A stretch of DNA of 64,000 nt from positions 205,470,001 to 205,534,000 of the forward strand of contig NC_058368.1 in NCBI RefSeq assembly GCF_018350175.1, in the 5' to 3' direction. Shown here piece by piece: positions 1-13,230 of the stretch (the stretch's first letter is position 1; each line of letters starts with the position of its first letter). A program made the translations under genes and the position numbers. Below the pieces are notes generated by a model that was not told the origin of the DNA, ran no database searches, and saw only the letters and a program-made list of their open reading frames with translations. This DNA comes from Felis catus. Lineage: Eukaryota.

Positions 1-52
1 TATAATTTCTATTTTTGTAGTCCAAATATGTTAAATGTCACTCTGTTATTTC

Positions 53-283
53 TTTTTTTTTTTTTTTTAATTTTTTTTAACGTTTATTGATTTTTGAGAC
101 AGAGAGACACAGAGCATGAGCAGGGGTGGGTCAGAGAGAGAGAGGGAGACACAGAATCTGAAACAGGCTCCAGGCTCTGAGCTGTCAGCACAGAGCCTGA
201 TGCGGGGCTCGAACCCACGAACCGTGAGATCATGACCTGCGCTGAAGTCAGACGCTTAACCGACTGAGCCACCCAGGCGCCCC
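53..283 (-). mobile_element. Can-SINE (SINEC_Fc-type)
   Basis: Poly-T, (GA)n, then the reverse complement of GGGGCGCCTGGGTGGCTCAGTCGGTTAAGCG; near-perfect TSD ACTCTGTT(A/T)TTTCTT. Confidence 0.95.
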
Positions 284-1194
284 ACTCTGTTTTTTCTTAA
301 AAGACCAATGAGCTCAAATAGAACTGAAACAATAGCAAGTGGTTTGAGAAGAATCAATAAAAAATTAAATCACAAGAATTTGTGTAGTAATGAAATGAAT
401 GTGCAACTTGGCAGACCCTTTGGGGAGCAACCATAAAGAAAGGAAGATCAGATACAACAACTTGTGTATCCATCCACAGTTGGTGCCATTTCTTTAAAAT
501 CCCAGTGCCTTTCAGTAAATCTGACTTTAATAGTAGCATGAATTGATGGACTGATTTTATTAGAAGCATCTTGCCTTTTCCTGCCTGTTTCACTTGTTTC
601 GTACTTGAGGACTAGTTTCTTGGGTGCACAGATGCACAGCCAGGTGAATGTCGGTACCTCAGGACTTCTGCCACCTGAGCCATGTCTCCCATGCGGGTAC
701 AGCTCCTGCTGGCTGGCAGGAGCTGCGGTTTCCAGGAGCTGTGGAAGTGGTCTGGAGTTGCAGTTGTTCTGTGTTCCTGTCATTTGGAGGGGCCCTATAG
801 CTCTCCTCTGGAGCTGTACCCTCCGCATCCTGCCGAGAGGGAGGAGGAAGGAGAGGAGCAGGGAGGCTTTGGGCCTGATGAGCCTGATTTTCTCAGCCTT
901 CTGAACTGTGGCTTTTAAACTTCCTGTTTTCAGTCAGAAACAGATTTATCTGGCTATTCCTTATTTGTTGGTAAGGTAATGGAAATCAGGAAGCCATGTG
1001 CTTTCTTGTATAGCACGAGTCCTCTGAAGCAAAAGAAAAGGCTGGAACCAGCCTGATGTATTTTAGTGACAAGAGGCAAAAGTCAATTATTTTAGCTAGA
1101 TTTTCTTAACTCTTCTTTCTTGTAAGCAGAAGCTAAACTCTGTACTTAAGCACCATTTCTGCAGTAGCATGCATTTTATATCCCTTTCTGTTTG

Positions 1195-1320
1195 TATAAT
1201 GCTTTTTCAAAGCACTTCCACATATATTAACTCATTTGATCCTCTTAATCACCAAGTGACATAGGAGAAGAAGCAGTTTTATTATAATGTTACAAATGAG
1301 AAAACTGAGACATGAGTAGG
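1195..1320. mobile_element. MIR fragment
   Basis: MIR core-like sequence: AAAGCACTTCACATATATTAACTCATTTGATCCTC...ACAAATGAGAAAACTGAGA. Confidence 0.6.
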
Positions 1321-1940
1321 TTCCTGGGAGTAGATCACTAGGAAGTTGAATGGTCTTAATGAAAAGGACACTTGGAAGATTTGGTCCTGACTTTGCATGC
1401 TCCATCTGCCTCTGGCAAGACGTAACAGTACTAAGGCTTTATTTTTGAGATGCTCATCAATAAGAAGAATTGTAAAATTGAAAACGTAGGTAGGTAGATA
1501 TGTGGGATTTTACAGAAGGTTGGACTTAAGTGCAAATGAAAGGGTCATGCTTGTAGCTTGGGTACTGTGTATAGAATGGATTTTACGATGGCATAAAGGG
1601 AGACAGGGTGACCAGTAAGGAGACAGTTGCATTGATCCATGCATGAGGTGATGGTGGAGTATAGGTGGGGAAGGCTGATAGAATCGAGGTAAACAGTATT
1701 TTGGAAGAGGAATCTTTCAGACTTGCTGATGCATTGGATATGATGTGCTGGTTAGAGCAAAGGCAGAGATTAACTCCTTAGCCTGACTCCAGCAATGTTG
1801 TATCGAGTATCCTCTGGAAGGCAGTTTTACTATTGGGAATAATCTACATATATTTGATAAATCAGTCATGGAATAGAAAAGGCCATTTAGGGAAAGAAGC
1901 CCTGGGACTAAGCCCTTAGGAGTCTCACTATATTTCTTTA

Positions 1941-1942
<2 letters not shown>

Positions 1943-1979
<37 letters not shown>
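1943..1979. repeat. (T)37 homopolymer
   Basis: Uninterrupted T run. Confidence 0.95.
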
Positions 1980-1983
<4 letters not shown>

Positions 1984-2068
1984 AACAGACTCTGAGATTA
2001 AGAATTGTATCTTTGTCTCTCACTAGCATTGTGACCTTGGACAAATTACTTTAAAATCCCAGCTTCTT

Positions 2069-2290
2069 GGGACGCCTGGGTGGCTCAGTCGGTTAAGCCT
2101 CTGATTTTGTCTCCGGTCATGATCTCGCAGTTTCTGAGTTCGAGCCCTGCATTGGGCTCTGTCCTGACAGCTCAGAGCCTGGAGCCTGCTTTGGATTCTG
2201 TGTCTCGTCCTCTCTCTGCCCCTCCCATATTCATGCTCTGTCTCTCTCTGTCTCTCGATAATAAATAAACGTTTAAAAAAAGAAAAAAAA
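2069..2290 (+). mobile_element. Can-SINE (SINEC_Fc-type)
   Basis: GGGACGCCTGGGTGGCTCAGTCGG head, (CT)n, AATAAA and A tail; TSD A(A/G)AATCCCAGCTTCTT. Confidence 0.95.
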
Positions 2291-4127
2291 AGAATCCCAG
2301 CTTCTTTATAATATCTCCTGTCTGCCCATTTCATGGGTCTATTTTGATCACCAGTGGGACAGGGTATTTGAATATGTTTTGTAAAGCTCTCAAGTGCTAT
2401 GTTCTCACCTTGATCCCTCCTGCTGCTTTAGTTAATAAACCTCAGATGACTGCTGTTGTTCTCATTGACCCAGGGATGATGGCTTTAGAACTCTATGCAG
2501 TGGGTGACACCTGGCATGGCTCACCCTCCCTACCCTTTCCATGTCTTCCAAAATTCTTGAGTTGCAAGGAAACGAAAATTCCATAACACTCCCAATTTCT
2601 AAAATCTTAGTGAGTTAACAAAAAAAAACTAACCTAAATTATGCTTCAAATATATTGTTAGCTTTAATCATCAGTAAATTACCTGATATTTAAGGTTCAT
2701 TAAAGTCAATCTAAATATGTTGATCCTTTCATTCAAAAACTATGATAACTTTTAAGAGGAACACCCACCATGGACACCTTGAAGAAAGGAAGGTTCTTAC
2801 GAATCTGTCATTTTATTAGCTTAAGTTGCGTATGCTCAAATATTGATGACCTCTCTTAGCTGTCATGTTTTAAATGGATCACTAGTCAATGACCTACTTA
2901 TCTTGTTGTACTTTTGTTCAAAAGATTCAGATATTTTGGTTTGGGTTGAAAACTGAAGTTTGTTCCCTGAGGAAACTTGCTTGTGCTGACTCTCCATCTT
3001 GACTTCTTTTGAATGAAAGTAACATTTGTTATTCTTTTGGGAGCAAGAGAAACAAAAGGAATAAAGAGGGACTCAGATATTCATGGATGATTTATGTTCA
3101 ACCATGGACACACCACTGCCTGCAAACATTAGAGGGACAAAATGTTCAAAGTAGATTTTTTCCATATTCCTTAGGATGGAGCACACTGTTACATGTAAAT
3201 AAATTAGGCTGCAGGTATGTTTTCGCTGCTTCCTTATGAAAGCTCTGCCTTACTGAATTTTCACAAACTCATGAAAAAAGTATGCTTTATTTTGCTTGTT
3301 TTTAGATGAAAAGGTTTGAAACAGTTGGTTAATTTGGGAGAAATCATGAAAGATTAGAAAACAAGAATGATTGAACCATTAGAAAGTAGTGGTTTTCTAC
3401 TCTGAGGTGCATTCCATGAAGAAACCAGGACCACTCATGCCCAAGAATATAGGTCACTTCTTCCACTCAGCTTCTGAATCTTGACATTGGGACACTAGTG
3501 GTTCTGTCACTGAATAACTAAGTCCACATTTCATTGCTTTGAAGAGAATATTAAATCCAAATCCCATGGGAGGGAAGTTAAACAGGAATGTGACGAACCT
3601 AGTACCTTTTATGTGCTTTCCTGTGAAAAGGAGCTGTGTTATTCATTTAAAGGAGCTATTTTAGTTTCTTTAATAATTGGGGGGAAAGGATACAAGTTTT
3701 GCCTTGTATTGTGAAAAGTTCTTTTCAGTTTAGAATTTCATTTTAACTTTTGGAAAAGCTCAGCTGGCATAGACAAAACTCAGGGAAGAAAAATTCATCA
3801 TTACCAAACTCAGACAAATACAGGTTGACTATAAAACGCTACAGGATTAAGGCTGTTGAACTTGGAAGTTTTGGTCTAATTTAAATTTCTCTCAGTTTGA
3901 GGAATTTACAGCCCTCATTCATTTTGAGAATTGGCATCTCAGAAGTGGAACTAGACCTTTAGAAATATAGGAAGTATGAAATAGAATTTTAAAAGCAATT
4001 CCATAAATCAACACTTGCTATAAAAAGTATTTTAGCTGCTGATTTATTAATAGATTTTTTCCCCGATGCTTTTGGCATTATGTTTTTACCCAAAAGGTTT
4101 TGTTTATTTTTCTTCTTGTTTCATATA

Positions 4128-4173
4128 TTTTTTTAAAGTTTATTTATTCATTTTGAGAGAGAGAGAGAGAGAT

Positions 4174-4233
<60 letters not shown>

Positions 4234-4385
4234 AGAGAGCAGGGGAGAGAGGGAGAGAATCCCAAGTAGGCTCTGTGCTGTGGGCATGGAGCCCTCCATG
4301 GGGCTCAGTCCCACAAACTATGAGATCATAACCTGAGTTGAAACCAAGAGTTGGACGCTTAACTGACGAGACACCCAGGCGCCCC
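4128..4385 (-). mobile_element. Can-SINE with expanded (TG)n microsatellite
   Basis: SINE body ending CCCAGGCGCCCC; (TG)n at about 4178-4232 lies within the CT-rich region. Confidence 0.9.
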
Positions 4386-4669
4386 TGTTGGTTCCTATTT
4401 TTAAGGTACAAAATAGCATTTTACAAGTAGATTGATGAGAGCTAGGTTTTATAAGGATATAGGAAAATAGAATGGAACACTTTTGTTCAAGAAATTTATT
4501 CCTAGGAAGTAGAAGGGACAGTATAATGGTCTAAGTACAATGAATACAGCTAAAGTATGCCCTACACAGAGTGCAGTAGACTCTATAATTGAAATATTTT
4601 CAACAATGACAATAGCAGGTGAAGGAGTTGTAGCCTTGTAATAATAAAAATAGCAATGACACCAGAAGC

Positions 4670-4870
4670 AAGTACTATTTATACTATGCACTTAAGTGCA
4701 AAGCACTTTACGTCACCCATTGTAATTATCCAATGAATTAAGTTTTATTATCCTTATTTTATAGAGGGAGAAAATGAGGATAGGGAAAAACTTTATGATG
4801 ACAAAGCCAGTAAGGGGGACAGTTAAGATCTAAACAAATTTCTTTCTGCCTCCAGAGCGTATATACTTAA
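4670..4870. mobile_element. MIR fragment
   Basis: MIR-like: AAGCACTTTAC...TTATTATCCTTATTTTATAGAGGGAGAAAATGAGG...TCTGCCTCCAGAGC. Confidence 0.55.
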
Positions 4871-5251
4871 CCAGAAGCAAAGGATAGAAGGTGTATTTTA
4901 AGGTGCATTTGCTTTATACTTTGCAGTATTACCACTTTTATAATTTACTACCTCCATACTGGCAGAATCTTAGATCTTTATTTAGCAAATTGAATTTTTC
5001 AGTTAACTAAATGTAGCTATAGGACAGAGGTAATACGTCCACGAACACAAAATTAGAAATCATTCAGTAACATTAACCTCTTAAAGCTTATAAAATAACC
5101 CCCTAAAAGCTATAAAATGAGAGCCTTCACACTTGGGAAGCTAGAATGGTTTTTCTCCAATTAAAAATGAGGTGAAACATGTTATATAGTAGTTTGATTC
5201 TGAGAAATTTTAGGACTCTATGTAATAAATATTGGCAATGATTAAAGAATA

Positions 5252-5658
5252 CAGAAGTTCCCCCTCCCCCCATCCACGGTTTCACTTTGCACGGTTTCAG
5301 TTACCTGTAGTCAGTTGTAGTTCAGAAGTGGATGACCCACCTTCTGATGGTCAGTAGTAGCCTAATGCTACTTCAAAATGCCTACATCATTCATTTCACT
5401 AGAAGGGTGAGTACAGTACATTAACTTATTTTAAGAGACAGACTACATTCACATAACCTGTATTACAGTATTTTGTTATAGTGCGGTTTGATTATTGGTA
5501 TTAATCTCTTACTATGCCTAATTTATAAATTAAACTTTTTCATAGGTAAGCATGTATAGAAAAAAACATAGTGTATATTCGGTTTGGTGCTATTGTCAGT
5601 TTCAGGTATCCACCGGGGGTCTTGAAGCATATCCCTCATGGATAAGAAGGGACGACTG
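5252..5658. mobile_element. MER44 / Tigger7-derived non-autonomous TcMar DNA transposon
   Basis: Termini CAGAAGTTCCCC...ATCCACGGTTTCACTTT and GGATAAGAAGGGACGACTG resemble MER44 TIRs; TA on the left flank. Confidence 0.8.
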
Positions 5659-8126
5659 TGGGCACTTCCAGTTTCTGGTCTGGCATCTAAGGAGCCTAGA
5701 AGTCACCAAGCCTGTCCTCACAATAAGAAAAAACTGAACAAACTGAAAATCAACAGTGCTTCTTAGAGAACTATCAGGGAATTGAGGTTGTGAGGGAAAC
5801 CATTGCCTCCAAAATTAGGCAGACAGATAGGCTGATCCAGAGAATCACAGCATACTGGAGAACAAGCCCAGGAGCAGAAATCTCTGTGGGAACCAACACT
5901 GGAGTAGGAAACCCTAAACTCATTGGTGAATTGCTGGAAGCTCAGTGTGGGCAAGCTTGAGAGTGAAAAACTTTGGGGTGGCCCCATCTTGGGTAGGTGG
6001 GGGGCATACTTCCATGGGTTTTACTGCCAGGATCTCTACCAGATTCTCTCAAGGAAGATTAGAGAGAAATCTCCTTGCGCTTCTGACAGGAGGAGGGGAA
6101 AGTAGCCATTTTGAAATACACCCAGAGCATTCTCATTCTCTTCTTCTTAACAGGGTCTGCCTTCAAGAGAAACCTTTTCACCAGAGCCAAACTGACCTGG
6201 GGAAAAAGAAATACCCGACTCCAGCTCTCTAGCCTTTCAGGTGGGGGAAGGAGAATACCCAGCCCTGCCCTCCTCTCCTCTTCCTGTCTCACTTAAGTGG
6301 GGAGAAAACAAAACTGAGAAGTACTAGTGAAAGTCACGATAGTGGGTGGGGTAGGGGAAGGCTCACTAGAAGACAGACCTAATCATAAAACTGTGGATGC
6401 TTCCCTGTCCTCCCCACCTTCACAACGACCACCACACAGTAGAGTTCCTGTATCATAATTGGGAAACACAGCTGAGAGATCTTGTCTTGCACCTTATTTA
6501 AAAAGTCTCTAGGGAAATCCAAAGACGACAGAGGAGACAAAAACAAGGGCACCACAGAAAAATTTAGCCTCTGATACCTGTAGCTACGGCAAACAGTAAG
6601 CACAGCCTAAACCCCAGCTAGATGAGCATAAAACCTCACATTAAGGGCCTATTTACCTTAATTTGTCTTACTCTATACATGTGTCTGGCTTTCAACAAAA
6701 ATTAAAGGCATATAAAAGGCAAACGACACAGTTGGAAGAGAGAAAGCAAGCAATTAGAACCAGCCTCAGATATGGTATAAATGTTGGAATTATCAGAATG
6801 GGAACTTAGAACAACTATGACTAATAAGAATGTTCATGGAAAAAGAGGGCAATGTGTGCAAGAGCTTATGGGTAATATTAAGCTGGGAGATGGAAACTAA
6901 GAGAGACTCACAAGGAAATGCTGGAAATCAAGAACCCTGTGACAGAAATGAAAAATACCTTTGATGGGCTCATTAATAGAGTAGATACAGCCAAGGAAAG
7001 AATTAGTGAGCTTGAAGAAATGTCAAGAGAGACTTCCAAAACTAAAATGCGTAGACAAAAAAGAATAAAATAGAACAGAATATCCAAGAACTGGGTCAAT
7101 TATAAAAGGTGTAACTTGTATAGTGGGACTGCTGGATGGAGAAGGAAAAGAGAAAGGAATAGAAGAAATGTTTGAAGCAATAATGACTGCTTCCCCAGAT
7201 TAATGATCGACCCCAAACCACAGATCCAGAAATCTCAGAGAACACTAAGCAGCATAAGTACAAAAAAAAAAAAAAAAAAAAAAATTACACCTAGGCATAT
7301 CCTATTCAAACTGCAGAAAATCCAAGACAGTCTTGAAAGAAGCCAGGGGAGTAAAACACCCTCTGTATAGAGGAGCAAGAATAAGAATTACATCAGATAT
7401 CTCTTCCGAACCAAGCAAGCAAGGAAAGAGTGGAGTTAAATACTTAAAGGGTTGAAAACAAAAGGTGACCAACCCAGAATTCTGTATCCAGTGAAATTAT
7501 CCTTCAAAAGTGAAGGAAAAATGAAGACTTTCTCAGAGTAACAGAAATTGAGGAAATTGTTGCCAGTATAGACCTGCCTGGCAAGAAATGTTGTAAAAAA
7601 TTCTTCAGGAAGAAGGAAAATGATATAGGTCAGAAACTTAGGTCAATAGTAAGGAAGGAAAAATATGAGAGAAGGAATAAGTGAAAGTAAAATAAGATCT
7701 TTTGTTTTTCTTAATAGATAATCATTTGTTCACAATAATACTAACATTAATGTGACCCATAGTTATAGTTTGTGGGTAAGTAAATGATAGCAATGTACAA
7801 GGGACAGAACGGAGAGGTGGGAATACTCTGTTAAAAGGTACTTACACTGCTGTGAAGTGGTATAGTGTTATTTGAAAGAAGACTTGGCTTAGTTGTAAAC
7901 GTATATTACAAATTCAGGCACAATCACTAGAAAAAGAGAGGATATAATTGATACACTAAGAAAGGAGAAAAAAAAGGACTCAGATAGCTTAATTAAAGCC
8001 AGAGAAGGCAGAAAAAGAGTAGAACACGAAAAAAGAAAGAACAAGGGCAAGAAATAGAAAATGTAACAACTGTGGTAGATAGTAATCCAACTATATCAAT
8101 AATCACTTTAAAAGTTAGTGATCTAA

Positions 8127-8810
8127 TGTCTCCAGAGGCAAAGGAAACAAAAGCAAAAATGAACTATTGGGACTTCATTAAAATAAAAAGCTTCTGCACG
8201 GTGGAGGAAACAATCAACAAAACTAAAAGACAACCTATGGGATGGGAGGAGGTATTTGCAAATGACATATTTGATATAGGGTTAATATCCAAAATCTTGA
8301 AATGACTTACCAAACTCAGCACCCCCAAAATAAATAACCCAGTTAAGAAATGGGCAGAAGATATGAACACTTTTCTACAGAAGAGATACAGGTGGCTAAC
8401 AGACACATGAAAAGATGCTCCACATCACTGATCGTGAGGGAAATACAAACCCAAACCACGATGAGATCCCACCTCACGTCAGAATGGCTAAAATTAACAA
8501 TATAGGAAACAACAGATGTTGGCAAAGATGTGGAGAAAGAACCCTCTTACACTATTGGTGGGAATGCAGACTGTTGCAGCCACTCTGGAAAACAGTCTGG
8601 AGGTTCTAAAAATAGACCTGCCCTATGATCCAGTAATTGCACTACTAGGTATTTACCCAAAGGATACAGAAATACTGATTTTGAAAGGATACACGCGCTC
8701 CAATGTTTATTTTATAGCAGCCTTATCAACAAGAACCAAACTATGAAAAGAGTTCTGTGAAAAGAGCCCAAGTGCCCATCAGTTGATGAGTGGATAAAGA
8801 GGATGTGGTA

Positions 8811-8841
<31 letters not shown>

Positions 8842-9332
8842 ATGTATATGTATTTATGTTTTTCACATATATGTATATTTATACATATGTATACACACAC
8901 ATATACATGCAGTGGAATATTAGCCATGAAAAAGAATGAAATCTGGCCATTTGCTATGACATGGATGGAGCTAGATTATATTAAGCTAAGTGAAATAAGT
9001 CAGAGAAAGACAATACTGTATTATTTCATTCATATGGAATTTAAGAAACAAAACAGATGAACATAGGGGAAGGGCAGGGATAAAACAGAGGGAAGCAAAC
9101 CATAGGAGACTCTTTATAGAGAACAGGGTTGATGGAGGGAGGTGGGTGGGGAAGGGCTAAATGGGTGATGGGCACTAATGAAGGCACTTGTGATGAGCAC
9201 TGGGTGTTATATGTAAGTGACGATTCACTAATTTCTATACATGACACCAATTTTACCATATATGTTAACTAGAATGTAAATTAAAACTTGAGATTAAAAA
9301 AAGATTGTTGTCTGCACTGTTAAAACAATAAT
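8127..9332 (+). mobile_element. 5'-truncated carnivore L1 (ORF2 C-terminus and 3' UTR)
   Basis: SPEAKETKAKMNYWDFIKIKSFCT...KTKRQP ORF2 motif; 17-bp TSD AAAAGTTAGTG(A/G)TCTAA at 8110-8126 and 9333-9349. Confidence 0.92.
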
Positions 9333-9429
9333 AAAAGTTAGTGGTCTAAATATGCTAATTAAAAGACAGACTCTCAAGAGTGGATTATACAAGACCCAAA
9401 TATATGTCATCTATGGGAAACCCACTTTT

Positions 9430-9757
9430 ATTTTTTTCCAGCTTTTTTGAGATATAATTGACATAACATTGCATAAATTTAAGGTATACAACCTGTTGAT
9501 TTGATCCACTTATATATTATAAAATGATTGCTGCTGTAGCATTAGCTAATACTGTGATCACCTCATATAATTACATTTCTTTTTTATGATGAGAACATTG
9601 AAGATTTACTCTCTTAGCAACTTTCACATATATAATACAATATTGTTTACTATAAATCACCGTGATAAGCATTAAATTTCCAGAACTTGTACAACTTATA
9701 ACTGGAATTTTGTACACTCTAAAATCTTTCATTTCCCCCATCCAGCATTCTACCTCT
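9430..9757 (-). mobile_element. L1MA-like 3' end fragment
   Basis: TTTTGAGATATAATTGACATAACATTGCATAAATTTAAGGTATACAAC...CATTGAAGATTTACTCTCTTAGCAAC. Confidence 0.7.
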
Positions 9758-9767
9758 GAAAAAAACA

Positions 9768-9996
9768 TTTTTTTTTTAAATTTTTTTTTCAACGTTTATT
9801 TATTTATTTTTGGGACAGAGAGAGACAGAGCATGAACGGGGGAGGGGCAGAGAGAGAGGGAGACACAGAATCGGAAACAGGCTCCAGGCTCTGAGCCATC
9901 AGCCCAGAGCCCGACGCGGGGCTCGAACTCACGGACCGAGAGATTGTGACCTGGCTGAAGTTGGACGCTTAACCGACTGTGCCACCCAGGCGCCCC
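9768..9996 (-). mobile_element. Young Can-SINE (SINEC_Fc1-like)
   Basis: CpG-rich, near-consensus body; TSD GAAAAAAACATTTTT. Confidence 0.95.
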
Positions 9997-11049
9997 GAAA
10001 AAAACATTTTTAATATAAGATGCAGAAAGACTAAAAGTAAAAGGGTAGCGAAAGAAAAACTATGACTATGCCAACACTAATCAACCTAACCCTGGAGTAG
10101 CTGTTTAACATCAGTCAAGCAGCTGCTCTCAAAGACAGTTTGTCAGTTTCTAACAAAACTGACCATCCGCTTACAATTGCGCTCTGGACGCTAACCCATT
10201 CTACTGGTTGGAACTCTTCCTGAAAGAGTCATAAATTGCCTGTTTTTGTTTGTTTCCTTATAGAATGTATAGTGGGCTTGTTTACGTGGTCAATGTGAGC
10301 CATTGTTGAGTTTGATACTTGGTTTCCTGTATGTGTCCCAAATATCCAAGCACTGCTTTTCTGGTCCTGTGTGCAGACTTTCATAAGGAAATATAAGTTT
10401 TATTCTTTGAAGAAGTTGCTGCTGGATGTGTGACCATGTAGAGATAAAAACAATGCTTCACTTAAGTGGGGAAGTGGGTAGTCAGCTAGAAATCCATTCT
10501 GAGTTCATAGTTAAGTTCATAGCTTGCCAAATCAACAAATTGCCACCTTCAGAGCTGTTTGGAAATAGAGCAAAAGAAATAAGTTCACATATGATAGGGA
10601 TCTGCCACATAAGGCACAGTGATTATCTTAGACTGTCTCACAATCTAGTTGATGAGATAGGGCTCACCTAGATATTTAGACCAGTGAGTTCTAAATTTAA
10701 CGATCAAGATAGTAATTGCTGTGGGATCCTGCCTGCTGTTGTGGGCTGTGGGGTTGTGCCTCTGACCCCACAGGACCTCTTTCTGTTTGTTGGACTAGTT
10801 TCTGCAGATATTTGTATATGGTGGATTGTCACTCTTGGCTCACAGTCTAAGGTGTGAATGGGCCAAAACTGGATGTGGAGACCCTTCCTGCATGGAACCA
10901 AGGGCCTTGAAGGAACGAGGGAATTGGATGTCTCTTGGCTTGATTTCCTTAATTCCTGTTCTTATATATTGTAAGATTATGACCACATTATGTATGTTTT
11001 TCATTACACAAAACATTAAGGGTGTTTTTGCAGGTCATTAATATCCCCT

Positions 11050-11450
11050 CTTCCCAAAAGGCTATTTTCCATAGTTATACTCAAATATGTATTAATAACT
11101 CTTTATTGTTGGGTTTTTATGGTGTTTTCCACCTTTCACTATTGTCAATAGTGCTTTAATGAGTATCCTTGTTTTTGTGCATATCTGATTATTTTCTTTG
11201 ACAAAATTCCTAGAATTATGTATAAATACTGCTAAATTGTTCTTCAGGAAGCTAATTTCAATTATAATCCCATAGTGATATATAAAAGCATGGCTTTGAA
11301 CCATTCTCGACAACATGAATATTATACTTAATATTTTTTTGATAATTTGCTAGGTGAAAAATGCTGTCCTGTGGTTTTAATTTGTGTATCTTGGATGACA
11401 AGGGAAGTTGAATATTTATTGGCTATTTATATTTCCTTTGTGATTTTATG
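11050..11450 (-). mobile_element. Ancient L1 (L1ME-like) fragment
   Basis: Degenerate L1 3' motifs (GGTGTTTTCCAC...CTATTG, GCTAAATTGTTCTTCAG, GTGGTTTTAATTTG). Confidence 0.5.
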
Positions 11451-13059
11451 TGTTGTTGTAGGTAATACTATTGTTATTTTAATGGGAATGTCTCTAGCAT
11501 TTCATTCCTAGGTGTTCTTGAATCTCCCACTTAGATGAAGAATTATAAAAGAGAGATGCTGATGTGTACTCTGGAGCTGGGCTCTATGGGTTTGAACCCA
11601 GCTTTCTGGGAGGATCTTCCTAGCTGCCCCACCTTGGGGGAAAACTTGATTGGCTCTAGCTAGTAGACCAGAAAAGGAAGAGAATCTTGAACCCATAGCA
11701 GTGACTTAATTATGGAAGTAAAGATAGATAAGGCTCTCAGACGTAGCTGTGACTGGCAGCTATACCCACAGAACCCATTCCCAAAATAAGGTGTGAGTCA
11801 AGTGCTCTGTTGATTCACTGTTTTGAGACAGCTCTCTAAAACTTATGCCTGTGATTTCCCACAAAAGCGTCTCATTGCAAATGAGGGCATATATTCTGTT
11901 GAGAAAGAGAAGGTAAGAAAAGGCCAGGGGAATTTCTAACATAATATGATGGTTTGGGAGTCTTTACCTATGATAATCTCTCCTGAAGGCTACCGAATAG
12001 TAAGCCATGGTGTGACTAACATAAATCAACGGGATACTCTCTTACAAAACTATCTCATTGCAAAAAAAGGACAAAGATCCCTTTTACTAATTTTACTTTC
12101 TCCTTTAGTTTACCTAACATCTTTTGACCTACTTATTGATTTATTCCGTGTTGGTGTTAAGAATTTAGCTTGTGATTTTAAAGTCACTCCTATTAAAATA
12201 ATGGTGGCTTTCCTCACTCCTTCCAGAGACCTTGTCAAAAAATGTTATTTTTTCCACTTCAAATATAGATCTAGTCTACAAATACTGAAGTGATAATTAG
12301 GGCTTATGCAAGATTGTTTCATTTTAAAAATTAGCTGCTTTTTTTTTTTAAAGGAGTTAACTCTCCAAATCTTTCTTGTTCAAGAATATAGCTTTAGAAA
12401 GAAGGCATTTTAAAGTCATAACTTACATAAATGATTTAAGTAAGAAATGTGTGAGAGGAAAAGTGATAAACATTACTCATTGACCCCTTTTGTGTTACTG
12501 TATATATTTCTTATGAACACATGTCAGCATGTATCATTATTATAGTTTTAGCACATAGCATATGGCACCCTTCTAAAATTAGAATATATTCAAATTTCCC
12601 AGTGGCCTTTACTAGGCCCCTAGAAAATCCAGGTGCACAACCAAAAATTAGTAACGGTGAGAGAATGTAATTGCGAAGTTGTTAACATTTTCTTTTCTAG
12701 AGAGAAGCCACAGTAATCAAAAACTGCCCTAGCAGCATTAGTTCAGGTGAACTCTCCTGTGAGTTTTTTGAAATATGAAGGAAATCGCATTTCTTTTTGG
12801 TTCAGGATAGCTGTTGCCATTTCTGATAGCTTTTCCAAAGTGAGGTTCCTCATTTCTTGAAGTAAAATTCTCAGACTTCTTTCCGCCGCTCCCATTCCTG
12901 CATGCCCTAAATCTCTTCACAAGTACCCTCTTGCCACATCCCCCCAGACCACAATATCTCCTGACTCCAGCACTTTGCCCTTACCCATTTCTTCTGCCCG
13001 GAATGCCCTCCCCATCCTTTTTTGTTTGTTTGTTTCTGCCTTCTAAGGGGAGCTTTTCC

Positions 13060-13230
13060 TCTGTTACAGCATTTATCACCACGTGGTACTGTGATTAGCT
13101 GTTTGCCTATCTCCTCCATTAGATTGGGAGCACTTCGTGGGACCTTGTCCTACTCATCTTTGTATCCCCAGCATCTGGCACAATGCCTGGCACATAATAG
13201 ATGATCATTAAATGCTCTTTGATTCACTGA
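13060..13230. mobile_element. L2 3' end
   Basis: TCATCTTTGTATCCCCAGCATCTGGCACAATGCCTGGCACATAATAGATGATCATTAAATG. Confidence 0.7.

Larger units (their letters stand above)
5660..10110 (+). mobile_element. Old eutherian L1 (L1M-type): 5' region, ORF1 and start of ORF2, interrupted by younger insertions
   Basis: Decayed ORF1 (EMLEIKNPVTEMKNTFDGLINRVDTAKERISELEE at about 6915-7020; PRILYPVKLSFKSEGKMKTFS at about 7473-7535); endonuclease-like pieces at about 9355-9425 and 10010-10100. Confidence 0.8.

Noticed and set aside
448..918. Overlapping GC-richer ORFs (126, 99, 78 aa) and a 10-bp hairpin CAGCTCCTGC/GCAGGAGCTG at 700-725
   Set aside because: No recognisable protein similarity or splice context; a 10-bp stem is compatible with chance
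2069..2150. tRNA-like A/B boxes in SINE heads
   Set aside because: SINE-derived; not tRNA genes
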